Source of the DNA: a virus
IMG/VR virus record: IMGVR_UViG_3300021471_000006
Span: 45,486 to 109,485 of that record
Direction: 5' to 3' (one strand)
DNA length: 64,000 nucleotides
This document shows, one piece after another, positions 19,555 to 28,419 of this stretch. The notes under the pieces were generated by a model. That model searched no databases. It was not told where the DNA came from and was given only the letters and a program-made list of their open reading frames with translations. Within the stretch, counting starts at the first letter, position 1, and the number at the start of each line of letters is the position of its first letter. The position numbers and the translations under genes are program-made.

Positions 19555-19833
19555 ATGGAGAAAAAAGATTTTTTAAAGCTAGTTTCAAAAATATATGAGG
19601 ATAAATTTGAACAATTAAAAGTAATGTCAAAGGATGGCTCAAAAGTATTTAATGTTGCAGGAATAAAAGTGGGTTGCCCGAGATGTGGAGTTTCTATGTA
19701 TTGGAATAGTCCAAGACCGGGAGATGTTCAAGCCTGTAAACAATGTTATTTTGAATTTAAATGTATAAGTATTAATCCATTTAAAATTGAACTCACAGAA
19801 GAATGGGCAAGTTTCCAAAAATATTGGGAGTAG
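19555..19833 (+). CDS. LysW-like Zn-ribbon protein
   Basis: CPRCG...GDVQACKQC...SINPFKIE. Confidence 0.6.
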   Translation: MEKKDFLKLVSKIYEDKFEQLKVMSKDGSKVFNVAGIKVGCPRCGVSMYWNSPRPGDVQACKQCYFEFKCISINPFKIELTEEWASFQKYWE

Positions 19834-20169
19834 GTGAAAAACAAAATGGCTTACTATTGTGAAAATTGTGATAATGCCGAAGAGTTTGAAGTGTGGGCAG
19901 AATTTACTGAGTGGGGAACAGAACAACTCTTTATAGATGGAGAGGGCTCTATCCAAGATTATGGAGAGAGAGAAACCTCGGACTCCGAGAGTGGAGAATG
20001 GGGTCCGGTGGAATGTAGTAGATGTGGAGAAGAGGCAGAAGAATTAACCGATGAGGAAATAATGGAGATTAGAAACAGGGGAAGAGAGCCAGAAGAAGAG
20101 GTGCCCAGAGTGACGCCGGATAAACGGAAAAATTGGAAAAATATAATAGAGGGTAATGAAAAATCGTAA
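19834..20169 (+). CDS. Acidic Zn-ribbon protein with W-tag
   Basis: CENC...CSRC; KRKNWKNIIE. Confidence 0.7.
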   Translation: MKNKMAYYCENCDNAEEFEVWAEFTEWGTEQLFIDGEGSIQDYGERETSDSESGEWGPVECSRCGEEAEELTDEEIMEIRNRGREPEEEVPRVTPDKRKNWKNIIEGNEKS

Positions 20170-20195
20170 AAAAACACTCTTCGGATAGAGAACTT

Positions 20196-20393
20196 TTGAA
20201 ATTAGTGGAAGATTTTTATATTTTGAGATTTTCGGATGACTGGGTAATTTGTCCCTTTTGTGAAACAGAGTTAGAATTTAAAAAGGAAGAATTGCCTATT
20301 GAGTTAGGCGACACATTTAATTGCCCGAGTTGTGGAATAGGTTTGGAAATTGTAGAACTGACACCATTAGAGGCTGAACCGATTTTTGATTAG
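20196..20393 (+). CDS. LysW-like Zn-ribbon protein
   Basis: CPFCETELE...GDTFNCPSCGIGLEIVELTPLE. Confidence 0.65.
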   Translation: MKLVEDFYILRFSDDWVICPFCETELEFKKEELPIELGDTFNCPSCGIGLEIVELTPLEAEPIFD

Positions 20394-20590
20394 ATAATAA
20401 TACTTGAGATTATGCAAAAAAACACCATATTAGGGTTAAAAAGAACAAAGCCTTGCTCTGATGGGTTTGTTTGCCGACACGAAAACATATTAGGGGAAGA
20501 AAATTTCAGAGCAATATGCCTAATGTGTGGATACGGAGCCTATTGTGTTTTTGCAAGATAATTTCAGGTTAAAAATGTGGTGGTAATACT

Positions 20591-20833
20591 ATGAAAAAAA
20601 TAGAAATGAAAAATAAGGAAGATTTAGAACTCCTTTCAAGAGTTCTTGATGTGCCCATAAAAAGTTGTGTAATATTTGAGAATATAGTATTTACTCTGAC
20701 AGAGGAAGCAGAATTAGACAAGCAAATTTCTGAGGAAGACTTAGACGACCTAGTTGATAGACATTCTAAAATGTTAGACGAGTTTGAAGAGGAAGAAGAT
20801 TCCCAAAAAGAAATTAAAACCTTATCTATTTAA
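20591..20833 (+). CDS. Acidic hypothetical protein
   Basis: ORF with RBS. Confidence 0.6.
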   Translation: MKKIEMKNKEDLELLSRVLDVPIKSCVIFENIVFTLTEEAELDKQISEEDLDDLVDRHSKMLDEFEEEEDSQKEIKTLSI

Positions 20834-20834
20834 A

Positions 20835-21077
20835 ATGCCACAGATAAATATACAGTTAGGAGAAATTACTGCTATAATTAATTTTGAAAGTGATAAGGAA
20901 TTAAATAAAGATGAGAAAATTAAGATAATTAAGATTTTAAGAGGGGAAATATTAACAATTTTGAAACTAAAGAGAGAGTTCCCCTATCTCACACTTAAAA
21001 GCAATGGAACATTAATATGGGACGGAGAAAAATATCTATCTAGACCGGGTGTCTTTGGAGGAATTTATTATGAATAA
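20835..21077 (+). CDS. Hypothetical protein
   Basis: Operonic ORF. Confidence 0.55.
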   Translation: MPQINIQLGEITAIINFESDKELNKDEKIKIIKILRGEILTILKLKREFPYLTLKSNGTLIWDGEKYLSRPGVFGGIYYE

Positions 21078-21324
21078 AATAAATTGGAAAAAACAGTTAG
21101 AACTTCCGTCTGTAGGAGATATATATAGACTAAAAATAGCTATTGATATATCTGAATGGAGTTTTAATCCCGGAGAAGAAGGTTATTTTGAAAATTTGTG
21201 GATAGTACAAAGTACTAACGCTCCGGGCAAAGTTGCCCGTATTGAACTAACAGATATGAAAAATAAAGAAATAGTATGGTGGGTTTCATTAAAGTTTCTA
21301 AAGAAAAATTTTGTTAAAACATAA
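21070..21324 (+). CDS. SH3-like protein with W-tag at the N-terminus
   Basis: MNKINWKKQLE then PSVGDIYR. Confidence 0.65.
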   Translation: MNKINWKKQLELPSVGDIYRLKIAIDISEWSFNPGEEGYFENLWIVQSTNAPGKVARIELTDMKNKEIVWWVSLKFLKKNFVKT

Positions 21325-21344
21325 CCTTTGTCCTATAAAAAATC

Positions 21345-21358
21345 GAAACATTTATAAA
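21345..21358 (+). promoter_or_regulatory. BRE-TATA promoter
   Basis: GAAACATTTATAAA. Confidence 0.7.
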
Positions 21359-21518
21359 GATTAATAGACTAAAAGAGAATAGAGATTAAAAATGAAAACT
21401 TTAACAAAAGAGGAACTAGATAAAATGCTTGGACTAATACCTACACAATTCTGCGATAATGTTAAGCTTGCCGAATTGTGGCTACCTGTAATAGTAAAAT
21501 ACGCTTAAGGAGAACAAT

Positions 21519-21701
21519 ATGGTATCAATAGCACCCGCCAAAAGCAGTAGAACAACCTGCAAGATATGTAAAAAGAAAATTAAAAAAGGAGAATTAAGAG
21601 CAACTTATACAAGTTGGAGAGTTGGATATTATCCGTCTAATAGTTATAAATGTTATGAATGTTATAGAGGGCCGATTAGTTGGAAAGAAAGAATAGGTTA
21701 A
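21519..21701 (+). CDS. PARP-type Zn-finger protein with W-tag
   Basis: AKSSRTTCKICKKKIKKGELR...CYEC; PISWKERIG. Confidence 0.7.
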   Translation: MVSIAPAKSSRTTCKICKKKIKKGELRATYTSWRVGYYPSNSYKCYECYRGPISWKERIG

Positions 21702-21702
21702 A

Positions 21703-21945
21703 ATGAAAACTCCAAAATTTAAAGTAGGAGATTTGCTCAGATGTAAAAAAATTCGAATAAAAAATGACTATGCTGGAGAGGGATATGAAGAAGGTCTTAT
21801 TATTAAGGTTGAAGAAGTTGTTGTATATTCAGATGTGGTTGTATATTTTCCCGGGAAAAACGGTGACGGGGTTTTTGAACGTTTTTTAGAATATGATAAA
21901 ATAAATAATTGGAGGCAAGTAATATGTCAGAAGGAAAAGAATTGA
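21703..21945 (+). CDS. SH3/KOW-like small protein with W-tag
   Basis: PKFKVGDLLR; KINNWRQVI. Confidence 0.75.
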   Translation: MKTPKFKVGDLLRCKKIRIKNDYAGEGYEEGLIIKVEEVVVYSDVVVYFPGKNGDGVFERFLEYDKINNWRQVICQKEKN

Positions 21946-22868
21946 AAGTTGCTTTAAAGGAAGAGCCTTTAAAGCCACAGAAAAGATTAAGCCCCACAAG
22001 TATTAATACTTACTTTGAATGTCCTAGAAAGTATTTTTATACTTATATAGCTAAAATTAAGATAAAACCTAGTATTCACTTGGTAAAGGGAATGGTAGTG
22101 CATAAAGCACTAGAAGATTTCTTTAGAGGTTACAGAAAGAATTTAGAAGAACATATGGTTAAGAGGCTGGAAAACGCTTGGAAAAAACATTATAAAGACC
22201 TTAGAGATTTGGAATTACCAGCTGAGGAACTGGAAACGGCAAAAGAAGATTGTTTAGGAATGGTAACAGAATATTACATCGCCTTAGATAGAAAGATGAA
22301 GATGTTACAAAAAGTAGGAAAAGCAAGTAACGAGGCACACGCATATTACTTATTGAAGCCCAAGTTCAGAGAACTTTGGATAGAAGATAAGGACTTGCAT
22401 TTGTGTGGATATATAGACAGAGTACATCAGGACTATGACGGAATAGTAACACTTGGAGATTACAAAACAAGCAGTAAATACGGTGTGGGATTAGAAAGCA
22501 AATATAAAAGACAATTAGCCTTATACTCTCTTCTGTACGCAAATAAAGAGAAGAGTTTGCCCCACTATGTTGCAGTTATTTTTCTGCGATATGGAGAGGA
22601 ATACCTTCTCGAGGTGACACCATCGCTCCTAAAATTAGCACGTGAAACTGTTAGATATGTTTACGGGCATACTCGTTCTGTTGATATAGAAGACTATCCC
22701 CTTAAGGAGGGGAAGTTATGTCGGTGGTGCACCTTTAATAAGATTTGCTCTGGAGAGGAAGAATGGGAGAAAGTTCTGAGGGAGCAGAAACTAAAGAAAA
22801 TTGTAGAGGAACGAGAGAAAAAAGAAAAGAAAGAAAAATCTAAAAAGGTAGAGGAAGATGTTTTATGA
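21924..22868 (+). CDS. Cas4/RecB-like PD-(D/E)XK exonuclease with Fe-S cluster cysteines
   Basis: LSPTS...CPRKY, GYIDRV, DYKT, QLALY, CRWCTFNKIC. Confidence 0.88.
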   Translation: MSEGKELKVALKEEPLKPQKRLSPTSINTYFECPRKYFYTYIAKIKIKPSIHLVKGMVVHKALEDFFRGYRKNLEEHMVKRLENAWKKHYKDLRDLELPAEELETAKEDCLGMVTEYYIALDRKMKMLQKVGKASNEAHAYYLLKPKFRELWIEDKDLHLCGYIDRVHQDYDGIVTLGDYKTSSKYGVGLESKYKRQLALYSLLYANKEKSLPHYVAVIFLRYGEEYLLEVTPSLLKLARETVRYVYGHTRSVDIEDYPLKEGKLCRWCTFNKICSGEEEWEKVLREQKLKKIVEEREKKEKKEKSKKVEEDVL

Positions 22869-23058
22869 CCAAATGACCATTACTGTAATGTGGTGGCTTA
22901 TCTTTTCAGGAATGATATTTTGGATATTAATACTTTCAGTATTAATAGAAGAATATAAATATGAATTAAAGGAATATTGGAATATCCTTTGTTCATTACT
23001 CAAACTTTGGAAGAAAAGACCCGAGAAAATTAAATCGTGGAGGAAGAGAATAGAATGA
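22858..23058 (+). CDS. Membrane-anchored small protein with W-tag
   Basis: N-terminal hydrophobic helix; ends EKIKSWRKRIE. Confidence 0.7.
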   Translation: MFYDQMTITVMWWLIFSGMIFWILILSVLIEEYKYELKEYWNILCSLLKLWKKRPEKIKSWRKRIE

Positions 23059-23348
23059 AATTCAAAGTTGGAGATAAAGTAAATGTTATAGATTATATAA
23101 ATGTCGATATTTCAACGGGGAGAATAGAGAAAGTGCCTGTTGAAGATATAGAATACCCCTGGGCAAAAGTAATAGAGGAGAAAATTGAATGTGAAATAAA
23201 AAACATTGAGAAAGAGGAGAACTATCCATATATTGTTAAGGTTTATATTCCAGAGGATGACGACTATTATAGTGAGGGTTTTACAGAAACGGAACTAGAG
23301 CATATTAAGATTAAAAATTGGAAACTAAAATTGGAAGGGCGTTTGTAA
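23055..23348 (+). CDS. SH3/KOW-like protein with W-tag
   Basis: MKFKVGDKV...FTETELE; KIKNWKLKLE. Confidence 0.75.
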   Translation: MKFKVGDKVNVIDYINVDISTGRIEKVPVEDIEYPWAKVIEEKIECEIKNIEKEENYPYIVKVYIPEDDDYYSEGFTETELEHIKIKNWKLKLEGRL

Positions 23349-23371
23349 TGCCCCAATAGTAAAATAAATGG

Positions 23372-23439
23372 GAGGAGTCTAGTTCAATAGGCAGAACATC
23401 TTGTTAGAAGGTTAAGGGTTCGAGTCCCTTGGCTCCTCG
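23372..23439 (+). ncRNA. tRNA-like RNA lacking a normal anticodon arm (pseudo-tRNA)
   Basis: Acceptor GAGGAGTC/GGCTCCTC, D arm GTTC-AATAGGCA-GAAC, T arm AAGGG-TTCGAGT-CCCTT; anticodon arm is only TCT-TGTT-AGA. Confidence 0.7.
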
Positions 23440-23465
23440 CCTATCGATTTAGATTTTGGGGACAC

Positions 23466-23538
23466 GGGCTGTAGGTGAAGATGGCGTCACGCCCGCCTTG
23501 CAAGCGGGAGACGGGGAGTTCGAGTCTCCCACAGTCCA
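23466..23538 (+). tRNA. tRNA-Ala(TGC)
   Basis: Acceptor GGGCTGT/ACAGTCC with G3:U70, anticodon arm CCCGC-CTTGCAA-GCGGG, T arm GGGAG-TTCGAGT-CTCCC, discriminator A, no encoded CCA. Confidence 0.88.
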
Positions 23539-23555
23539 CTTTAGAGGTAAATAAA

Positions 23556-24083
23556 ATGATATGGTTCACCGCAGATTATCATCTCGGACACAAGAACATT
23601 ATAAAGTATTGTGAACGCCCTTTTAAGAATGTAAAGGAGATGGACAAAACTATTATAAGAAATCATAATTCACGAGTGAAACCAAACGATACGGTTTATT
23701 TTTTGGGAGACTTTTGTTTTAGAAACACTAATAAGGATAGAAAAGCAGAACGATACATTAAAAAACTTAACGGAAGATTTGTCTTTATAAGAGGTAACCA
23801 CGATAACAATAACTCTTTAAAGACTAGACTTTATGCCTGTATAATAAATATGGGGAATATGTCCATTTTTTTAGTTCATAATCCTATAAATTATATGAAG
23901 AACTATCATATGACGTTTCACGGGCACGTTCACGGATTATGGAAGTTCAAATACGAAAAAGATAATCACCCGTTGGTAAATGTAGGCGTAGATGTATGGA
24001 ACTTTATGCCTGTTACGTTTAATGAGATTATGAAAGAGTTTCAAAGGTGGAAGAAAATAGAAAACCAATATTTAAAAAAATAG
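23556..24083 (+). CDS. Calcineurin-like metallophosphoesterase
   Basis: DYHLGH, LGDF, GNHD, HGHVH, NVGVD. Confidence 0.9.
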   Translation: MIWFTADYHLGHKNIIKYCERPFKNVKEMDKTIIRNHNSRVKPNDTVYFLGDFCFRNTNKDRKAERYIKKLNGRFVFIRGNHDNNNSLKTRLYACIINMGNMSIFLVHNPINYMKNYHMTFHGHVHGLWKFKYEKDNHPLVNVGVDVWNFMPVTFNEIMKEFQRWKKIENQYLKK

Positions 24084-24096
24084 AGGTGAAATACAA

Positions 24097-24426
24097 ATGA
24101 AAAAGAAACATAAAATACTAAAGTATGAACCCAGCAAATCTTGGAAATTTAGACAAGAGTGGGGACGAAAAGGCTATGAACTGATTAACATAACACCGCT
24201 TTGTGAAGCAAAATTAGGAGTCAGCGGAAGCTGTAACGACTTTAATGAACCCGATGAAAGCATACATCATATACAATTATGGTATAGGGACGAAGTAATA
24301 GCAAATATAGTAGATGGAATAGAAATTATAGACGAAGATAAATATTGTTACTTTCTAACCGACAAATGGAAAGGAGACAAGATTTCGGATTTTATAATAT
24401 TTAGAAAAGTGAGTAAACCAATATGA
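24097..24426 (+). CDS. Hypothetical protein
   Basis: GAGGTGA RBS. Confidence 0.65.
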   Translation: MKKKHKILKYEPSKSWKFRQEWGRKGYELINITPLCEAKLGVSGSCNDFNEPDESIHHIQLWYRDEVIANIVDGIEIIDEDKYCYFLTDKWKGDKISDFIIFRKVSKPI

Positions 24427-24623
24427 GAACAATTGAAGGATTTATGATAAAAGTTAGTTGCTCTAGATGTGGAACATATCTTTACACCCACGACGATATT
24501 AGAGGACTTAGACAAGAGTTAGAATTGTTTCCGCTTGTTTGTGGAAAATGTGGTTTTAATGAAAGAATAAAGGCAAGAACTGTTCATAGAAGAATACTAG
24601 ACGGTGCTATGGTGGAGGCGTAA
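24423..24623 (+). CDS. Zn-ribbon protein
   Basis: CSRC...CGKC. Confidence 0.6.
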   Translation: MRTIEGFMIKVSCSRCGTYLYTHDDIRGLRQELELFPLVCGKCGFNERIKARTVHRRILDGAMVEA

Positions 24624-24624
24624 A

Positions 24625-25185
24625 ATGAAAACGTGGGAACAGAGAAGAGAGAAGGCAATAAGAGACGGCTGTTATTCTCTTAATGAGACCTCTAGAATAA
24701 AATTAGCATTATCTTTTAAAGAGATAAAAGAAAGGCTAAAAGATAAAGAGATATTTAGGGAGTCCACGTTTGAGGGCGTTGTACGACACTTAAAAAGTGA
24801 GGTCTATTTAAAGAGAATTAGAAACACTAAAAAGGATTTGACGGAAGGAATGTTTGACTATGAGATTAGTTTAAGAGAAATGTTCCAAAAATTATTTTGG
24901 GAAGAATATGTTTATAGCTACGACATTTGGGACGATACTGATTTAAAACAAGTTCAAAAACGGGCTGAAATCTTAACAAAGATAAAAAACTTTCTAGATA
25001 AGAACCCAAAGTATCTAGAATATTGTGGGAGCAGATACCAAAATTCGGAACTATGGAATAAAATTAAAAGATTAACGGGAATGACTCTCTCTATGAGAGC
25101 CTGGGGCGGTTTGATGGCAGCCTATATGAACTCTAAAATAGAAAAAAGAAAGTACGATTATATGAGTTACTATTATAATTGGTGA
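24625..25185 (+). CDS. Hypothetical protein
   Basis: GGAGG RBS; 186 aa. Confidence 0.7.
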   Translation: MKTWEQRREKAIRDGCYSLNETSRIKLALSFKEIKERLKDKEIFRESTFEGVVRHLKSEVYLKRIRNTKKDLTEGMFDYEISLREMFQKLFWEEYVYSYDIWDDTDLKQVQKRAEILTKIKNFLDKNPKYLEYCGSRYQNSELWNKIKRLTGMTLSMRAWGGLMAAYMNSKIEKRKYDYMSYYYNW

Positions 25186-25190
25186 ACGAA

Positions 25191-25394
25191 ATGGAAGATA
25201 AAATGAAAGAATTTTGGGACAAATATGTAGAGGACGAATTACATAAAGAGAAAACTCTTGAACCGATAATTAAGAATATAGAGAAAATATTTACAGTAAA
25301 GAACATAAAAACTAGAAGGCAAGCTCTAGCTCTTATTTTAAGAGGCTATTTTGATGATTTATTAGAATATTGTAATCAGTTTGAGGAAGAATGA
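25191..25394 (+). CDS. Small helical protein, paralog of 34364..34576
   Basis: PII.NIEK...R..AL..IL.GYF.DL shared. Confidence 0.7.
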   Translation: MEDKMKEFWDKYVEDELHKEKTLEPIIKNIEKIFTVKNIKTRRQALALILRGYFDDLLEYCNQFEEE

Positions 25395-25642
25395 AAACAA
25401 TTAAAGAAATTTTATTCTGTTGGTTATTGGGCTATCACAAGATAGAACAAAGGAGTCTTACAGTTAAAGAGAGAGAACAAGATATAAACATTAGTTGGTT
25501 TTTCTGTCCTATCTGTGAACATAATTTCTTTGCTTATGAAGAAGATGAAGAGGAGTATGAATTACAGATGAACGTAAGTGAGAAACTTACCGACCAATTA
25601 TTTATAGACAGGGTTTTAGGTGATAAAATATGGAGGAAGTAG
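25391..25642 (+). CDS. Hypothetical Zn-binding protein
   Basis: C....H...CPIC. Confidence 0.6.
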   Translation: MKTIKEILFCWLLGYHKIEQRSLTVKEREQDINISWFFCPICEHNFFAYEEDEEEYELQMNVSEKLTDQLFIDRVLGDKIWRK

Positions 25643-25866
25643 TATTAGAATATATTGATGATACGGATAGAGTTGCTGTAGTTCCCGTTTATGATAAAGA
25701 AACCAAATCAATAGGAAGTCCCATAGAGGTTACAACAAAGTTTGACGCAGAAGAAAAGTATTCTGTGATAGGTTATATAATAGACGGCGAAGTACAGTTG
25801 CACGAAGAAACGGAAGACTACGAAATAGACTATTATTCGGAATTTGGAATAGAAGAAGATGACTAA
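25630..25866 (+). CDS. Acidic hypothetical protein
   Basis: GGTGA RBS. Confidence 0.6.
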   Translation: MEEVVLEYIDDTDRVAVVPVYDKETKSIGSPIEVTTKFDAEEKYSVIGYIIDGEVQLHEETEDYEIDYYSEFGIEEDD

Positions 25867-26086
25867 AAAACCTAAGTTTAGAATCGGAGATAGAGTTGTC
25901 GTAGCCCGCAACAAGTTCAATGGGGGCGACTATCCAATAGGAACAGAACTAGTTGTAAAAGAGATTTTATCTGACTCAATAGCGGGTATTTACTGTTATT
26001 TCTTTATAAACAAATATATAGGAGTATATGAGCCCAATCTAGAGTTGGCAAAAATATCTTCTTGGAAAAAAGTTATTTGTCCTTAG
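25859..26086 (+). CDS. SH3/KOW-like small protein with W-tag
   Basis: PKFRIGDRVV...GVYEPNLE; KISSWKKVICP. Confidence 0.75.
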   Translation: MTKKPKFRIGDRVVVARNKFNGGDYPIGTELVVKEILSDSIAGIYCYFFINKYIGVYEPNLELAKISSWKKVICP

Positions 26087-26148
26087 TCCTATTCCTAAAC
26101 GAAACATTTATATAGTTAAAGATTTATTATTATTTCTATGGTGAGTTT

Positions 26149-26433
26149 ATGGCTAGACTTAAAGCACTTGATAAGGCATTTCTTTTAGTTAAAAATGAAA
26201 ATGTTTTTAACAGCAGTGAGACGCCTAACTACGAATATTGGATAGTGAAAGGCAATGGTAGACCCACTTATGATGTTATTTACCATAAGAGAAAAGACAT
26301 TTACACTTGCGGATGTAAGAATATGCGATTACTGCCCTGTAGTCATATATTAGCAGTTAAGATAGTTAAAGGGGAAATAAATGGAAAAAATAATAAGACC
26401 TATAAAAGAAATAGTTTGGAACTTGTTCTTTAG
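26149..26433 (+). CDS. SWIM Zn-finger protein
   Basis: YTCGC...PCSHILAV; TATA at 26101-26114. Confidence 0.75.
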   Translation: MARLKALDKAFLLVKNENVFNSSETPNYEYWIVKGNGRPTYDVIYHKRKDIYTCGCKNMRLLPCSHILAVKIVKGEINGKNNKTYKRNSLELVL

Positions 26434-27196
26434 GAACGATATCGTATTTGTACAAAACCATTATGTTCCGGCACAACAATTACAGTTAATAGCAGAATTA
26501 GAAACTACCTTAGATATGGTAAAACAATTACAGAAAAATTCAGAAGAAGAAAACAAGGAACTAGAAAAGTATATTACAGAACTTGAGGAAAAAATTAGAG
26601 TACTTAAAAACGAAGAACGAACAGTTACCAAACCCGAGTGGCTAAAGTATGCTAGTGTTTTCATTCCGAAGGTTATAGTGCCTTCAAAATACGGAGACAG
26701 AACAGTTTCTATACAACCTAATGATATATATACAAGTTCTAACAGAATAAGAAATATAGTAGCACAAAATAAATGGAAGAAACTTTATATGTCCGACAAG
26801 AAAGCCTGTGCTTATGAAATTTGGAAATATGTAATAAAGGCTATAAAATACGAACTAGATAAGTCAGAGGATTGGAGATATAGTCCTACTACACTAGCAT
26901 ATGAGAAAGGTGATTGTGAAGACGGAACCATACTATTTCTAGACCTTGCTAAAGAAGCCGGTTTTAAGGCGGATGAAGTTTTTAATGGACTGGGGTGGGT
27001 AAAAACCAATAGTGGAAACTTTGGACACTCCTTTCCAATATTAAACTATGGAGAAGGCTGGTTTATTTATGAAACTACCATTGACTATGTGCCAAGCTCT
27101 CCTATGAAGTTCGACGGAAGTAACTATGACGCTTCTTTTGGAGTAGTGAATTGGAGATTTGCTGGAAAGATAAACAATTCCAAGCAACAAATATAG
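26381..27196 (+). CDS. Transglutaminase-like cysteine protease with N-terminal coiled coil
   Basis: P..TL...KGDCEDG, GHSF, YETT putative Cys-His-Glu triad. Confidence 0.75.
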   Translation: MEKIIRPIKEIVWNLFFRNDIVFVQNHYVPAQQLQLIAELETTLDMVKQLQKNSEEENKELEKYITELEEKIRVLKNEERTVTKPEWLKYASVFIPKVIVPSKYGDRTVSIQPNDIYTSSNRIRNIVAQNKWKKLYMSDKKACAYEIWKYVIKAIKYELDKSEDWRYSPTTLAYEKGDCEDGTILFLDLAKEAGFKADEVFNGLGWVKTNSGNFGHSFPILNYGEGWFIYETTIDYVPSSPMKFDGSNYDASFGVVNWRFAGKINNSKQQI

Positions 27197-27342
27197 GTGA
27201 GAAGAATGGTTAAAGAAAAGATACACCGTGGAAAGGCTAAACAATCTGCTATAAACGAATTGTGGAAAGAACACGAAAAGAAAGAGAAAGAGAAACAACG
27301 AAAAATAAAGCGATTTAAAGCATATAAAATTTTAGACTAGTA

Positions 27343-27590
27343 TTTATACTAGAAAGAAAAAATAATTGAGTTTTGGTATGTTTACCTGCTCCCAGTGGCA
27401 AAATTATGAAACAGTTGATTACCAATGAGAAAAACACACCATTTAATAAACATCTTTAATAATATATGTATGTTGTTAATAGTAGTTATAACAGTATTAA
27501 GAATGTTTTAACAACCTATATATGTTTTAAGACTAGTTATATATTTTTAACGAACAGTTATATAACATCGTTGATGGCGTTATTCGTCAT
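27343..27590. other. Non-coding AT-rich region with conserved box; candidate replication origin
   Basis: Box shared with 50986-51049 followed by a very AT-rich tract with short repeats (ATGTTTTAA x2, AGTTATA x3). Confidence 0.4.
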
Positions 27591-27613
27591 ATAACTAAGG
27601 GAGGCGATTCATT

Positions 27614-27862
27614 TTGGGAATACCGGAAACATTTGAAGTCATTTGGAGCGGCTGTAACCATACAGAGAAAGAACGTGGCTCTGTCTTTGATGGTGATTAT
27701 AACCGTTTCTGTGCTAAATGTGGCAATCTATTGACAGGCACTTGGCAGTGTATTTTGTGTAATGTAAAGCCAATTAAGATAGACATAGATGTCGAAAAGA
27801 TAAAAGCACAACTAGAGATTTGTCCTAAGTGTGGAGAATTTTTTAATTATCAACTTAGATAG
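27614..27862 (+). CDS. Double Zn-ribbon protein
   Basis: CAKC, CILC, CPKC. Confidence 0.6.
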   Translation: MGIPETFEVIWSGCNHTEKERGSVFDGDYNRFCAKCGNLLTGTWQCILCNVKPIKIDIDVEKIKAQLEICPKCGEFFNYQLR

Positions 27863-28106
27863 GACAATGGACGAGATTTTAACATTAGAGGAAACAGTAC
27901 GGCTTCTTCTAGAAGAGAAAATAGAGTTTGTTGATTTTCTTAGCGGACCGCCCCAAATAAGACTTTTTGAGCACAATACGTGCCACTATTATAGACTTAA
28001 TCTGGACAGGAGACCATTGGTTTATGAACATTATGCTTCCCATTATGTAGGTGAGATGAATGAAAAAACAGGAAAGAATAAATCAGGCTATGAGATTATT
28101 GAATAG
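27831..28106 (+). CDS. Hypothetical protein
   Basis: Operonic ORF. Confidence 0.5.
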   Translation: MENFLIINLDRTMDEILTLEETVRLLLEEKIEFVDFLSGPPQIRLFEHNTCHYYRLNLDRRPLVYEHYASHYVGEMNEKTGKNKSGYEIIE

Positions 28107-28419
28107 TTCTTTTAGGACCGACTTTAATTCTATTAGATTAAACACACACAACACTTTAGAACACGAAATAAGTAAACTTATAGAAGCTTATAGACTTATT
28201 AAAGATGATAAGAAGAAAGTTATTACAGAGGCGATATTCCATAATGGAACTAGAGCGGACATATTTATTCCAGAGGACTTTAGAGTGATAGAAATTCTAC
28301 ACTCTGAAAAGGAAGCAGAGGCTCTAGAAAAGACTGGAACATATCCTGAACAACTTGATATTACTCTTAAGACAAGTGAAGAGGTTTTAAAAAATGCCGG
28401 AAATTTATTTTACCAATGA
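28060..28419 (+). CDS. Putative PD-(D/E)XK nuclease-fold protein
   Basis: TEA.F...RADI...IEILHSE. Confidence 0.5.
   Translation: MKKQERINQAMRLLNSSFRTDFNSIRLNTHNTLEHEISKLIEAYRLIKDDKKKVITEAIFHNGTRADIFIPEDFRVIEILHSEKEAEALEKTGTYPEQLDITLKTSEEVLKNAGNLFYQ

Noticed and set aside
21924-22868. CRISPR-Cas system suggested by the Cas4-like nuclease
   Set aside because: No repeat-spacer array or other cas genes seen; solo Cas4-like exonucleases are common in archaeal viruses.
10445-23054. TTG/GTG starts in the ORF track at 10445, 10986, 11469, 12314, 21909 and 23037
   Set aside because: They arise from the Trp codon of the upstream gene's tag; downstream ATGs overlapping or close to the upstream stop are more plausible.
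23475-23555. N-terminal extension of the phosphoesterase ORF from GTG 23475
   Set aside because: Overlaps tRNA-Ala; ATG 23556 with a GAGGT RBS is the likely start.
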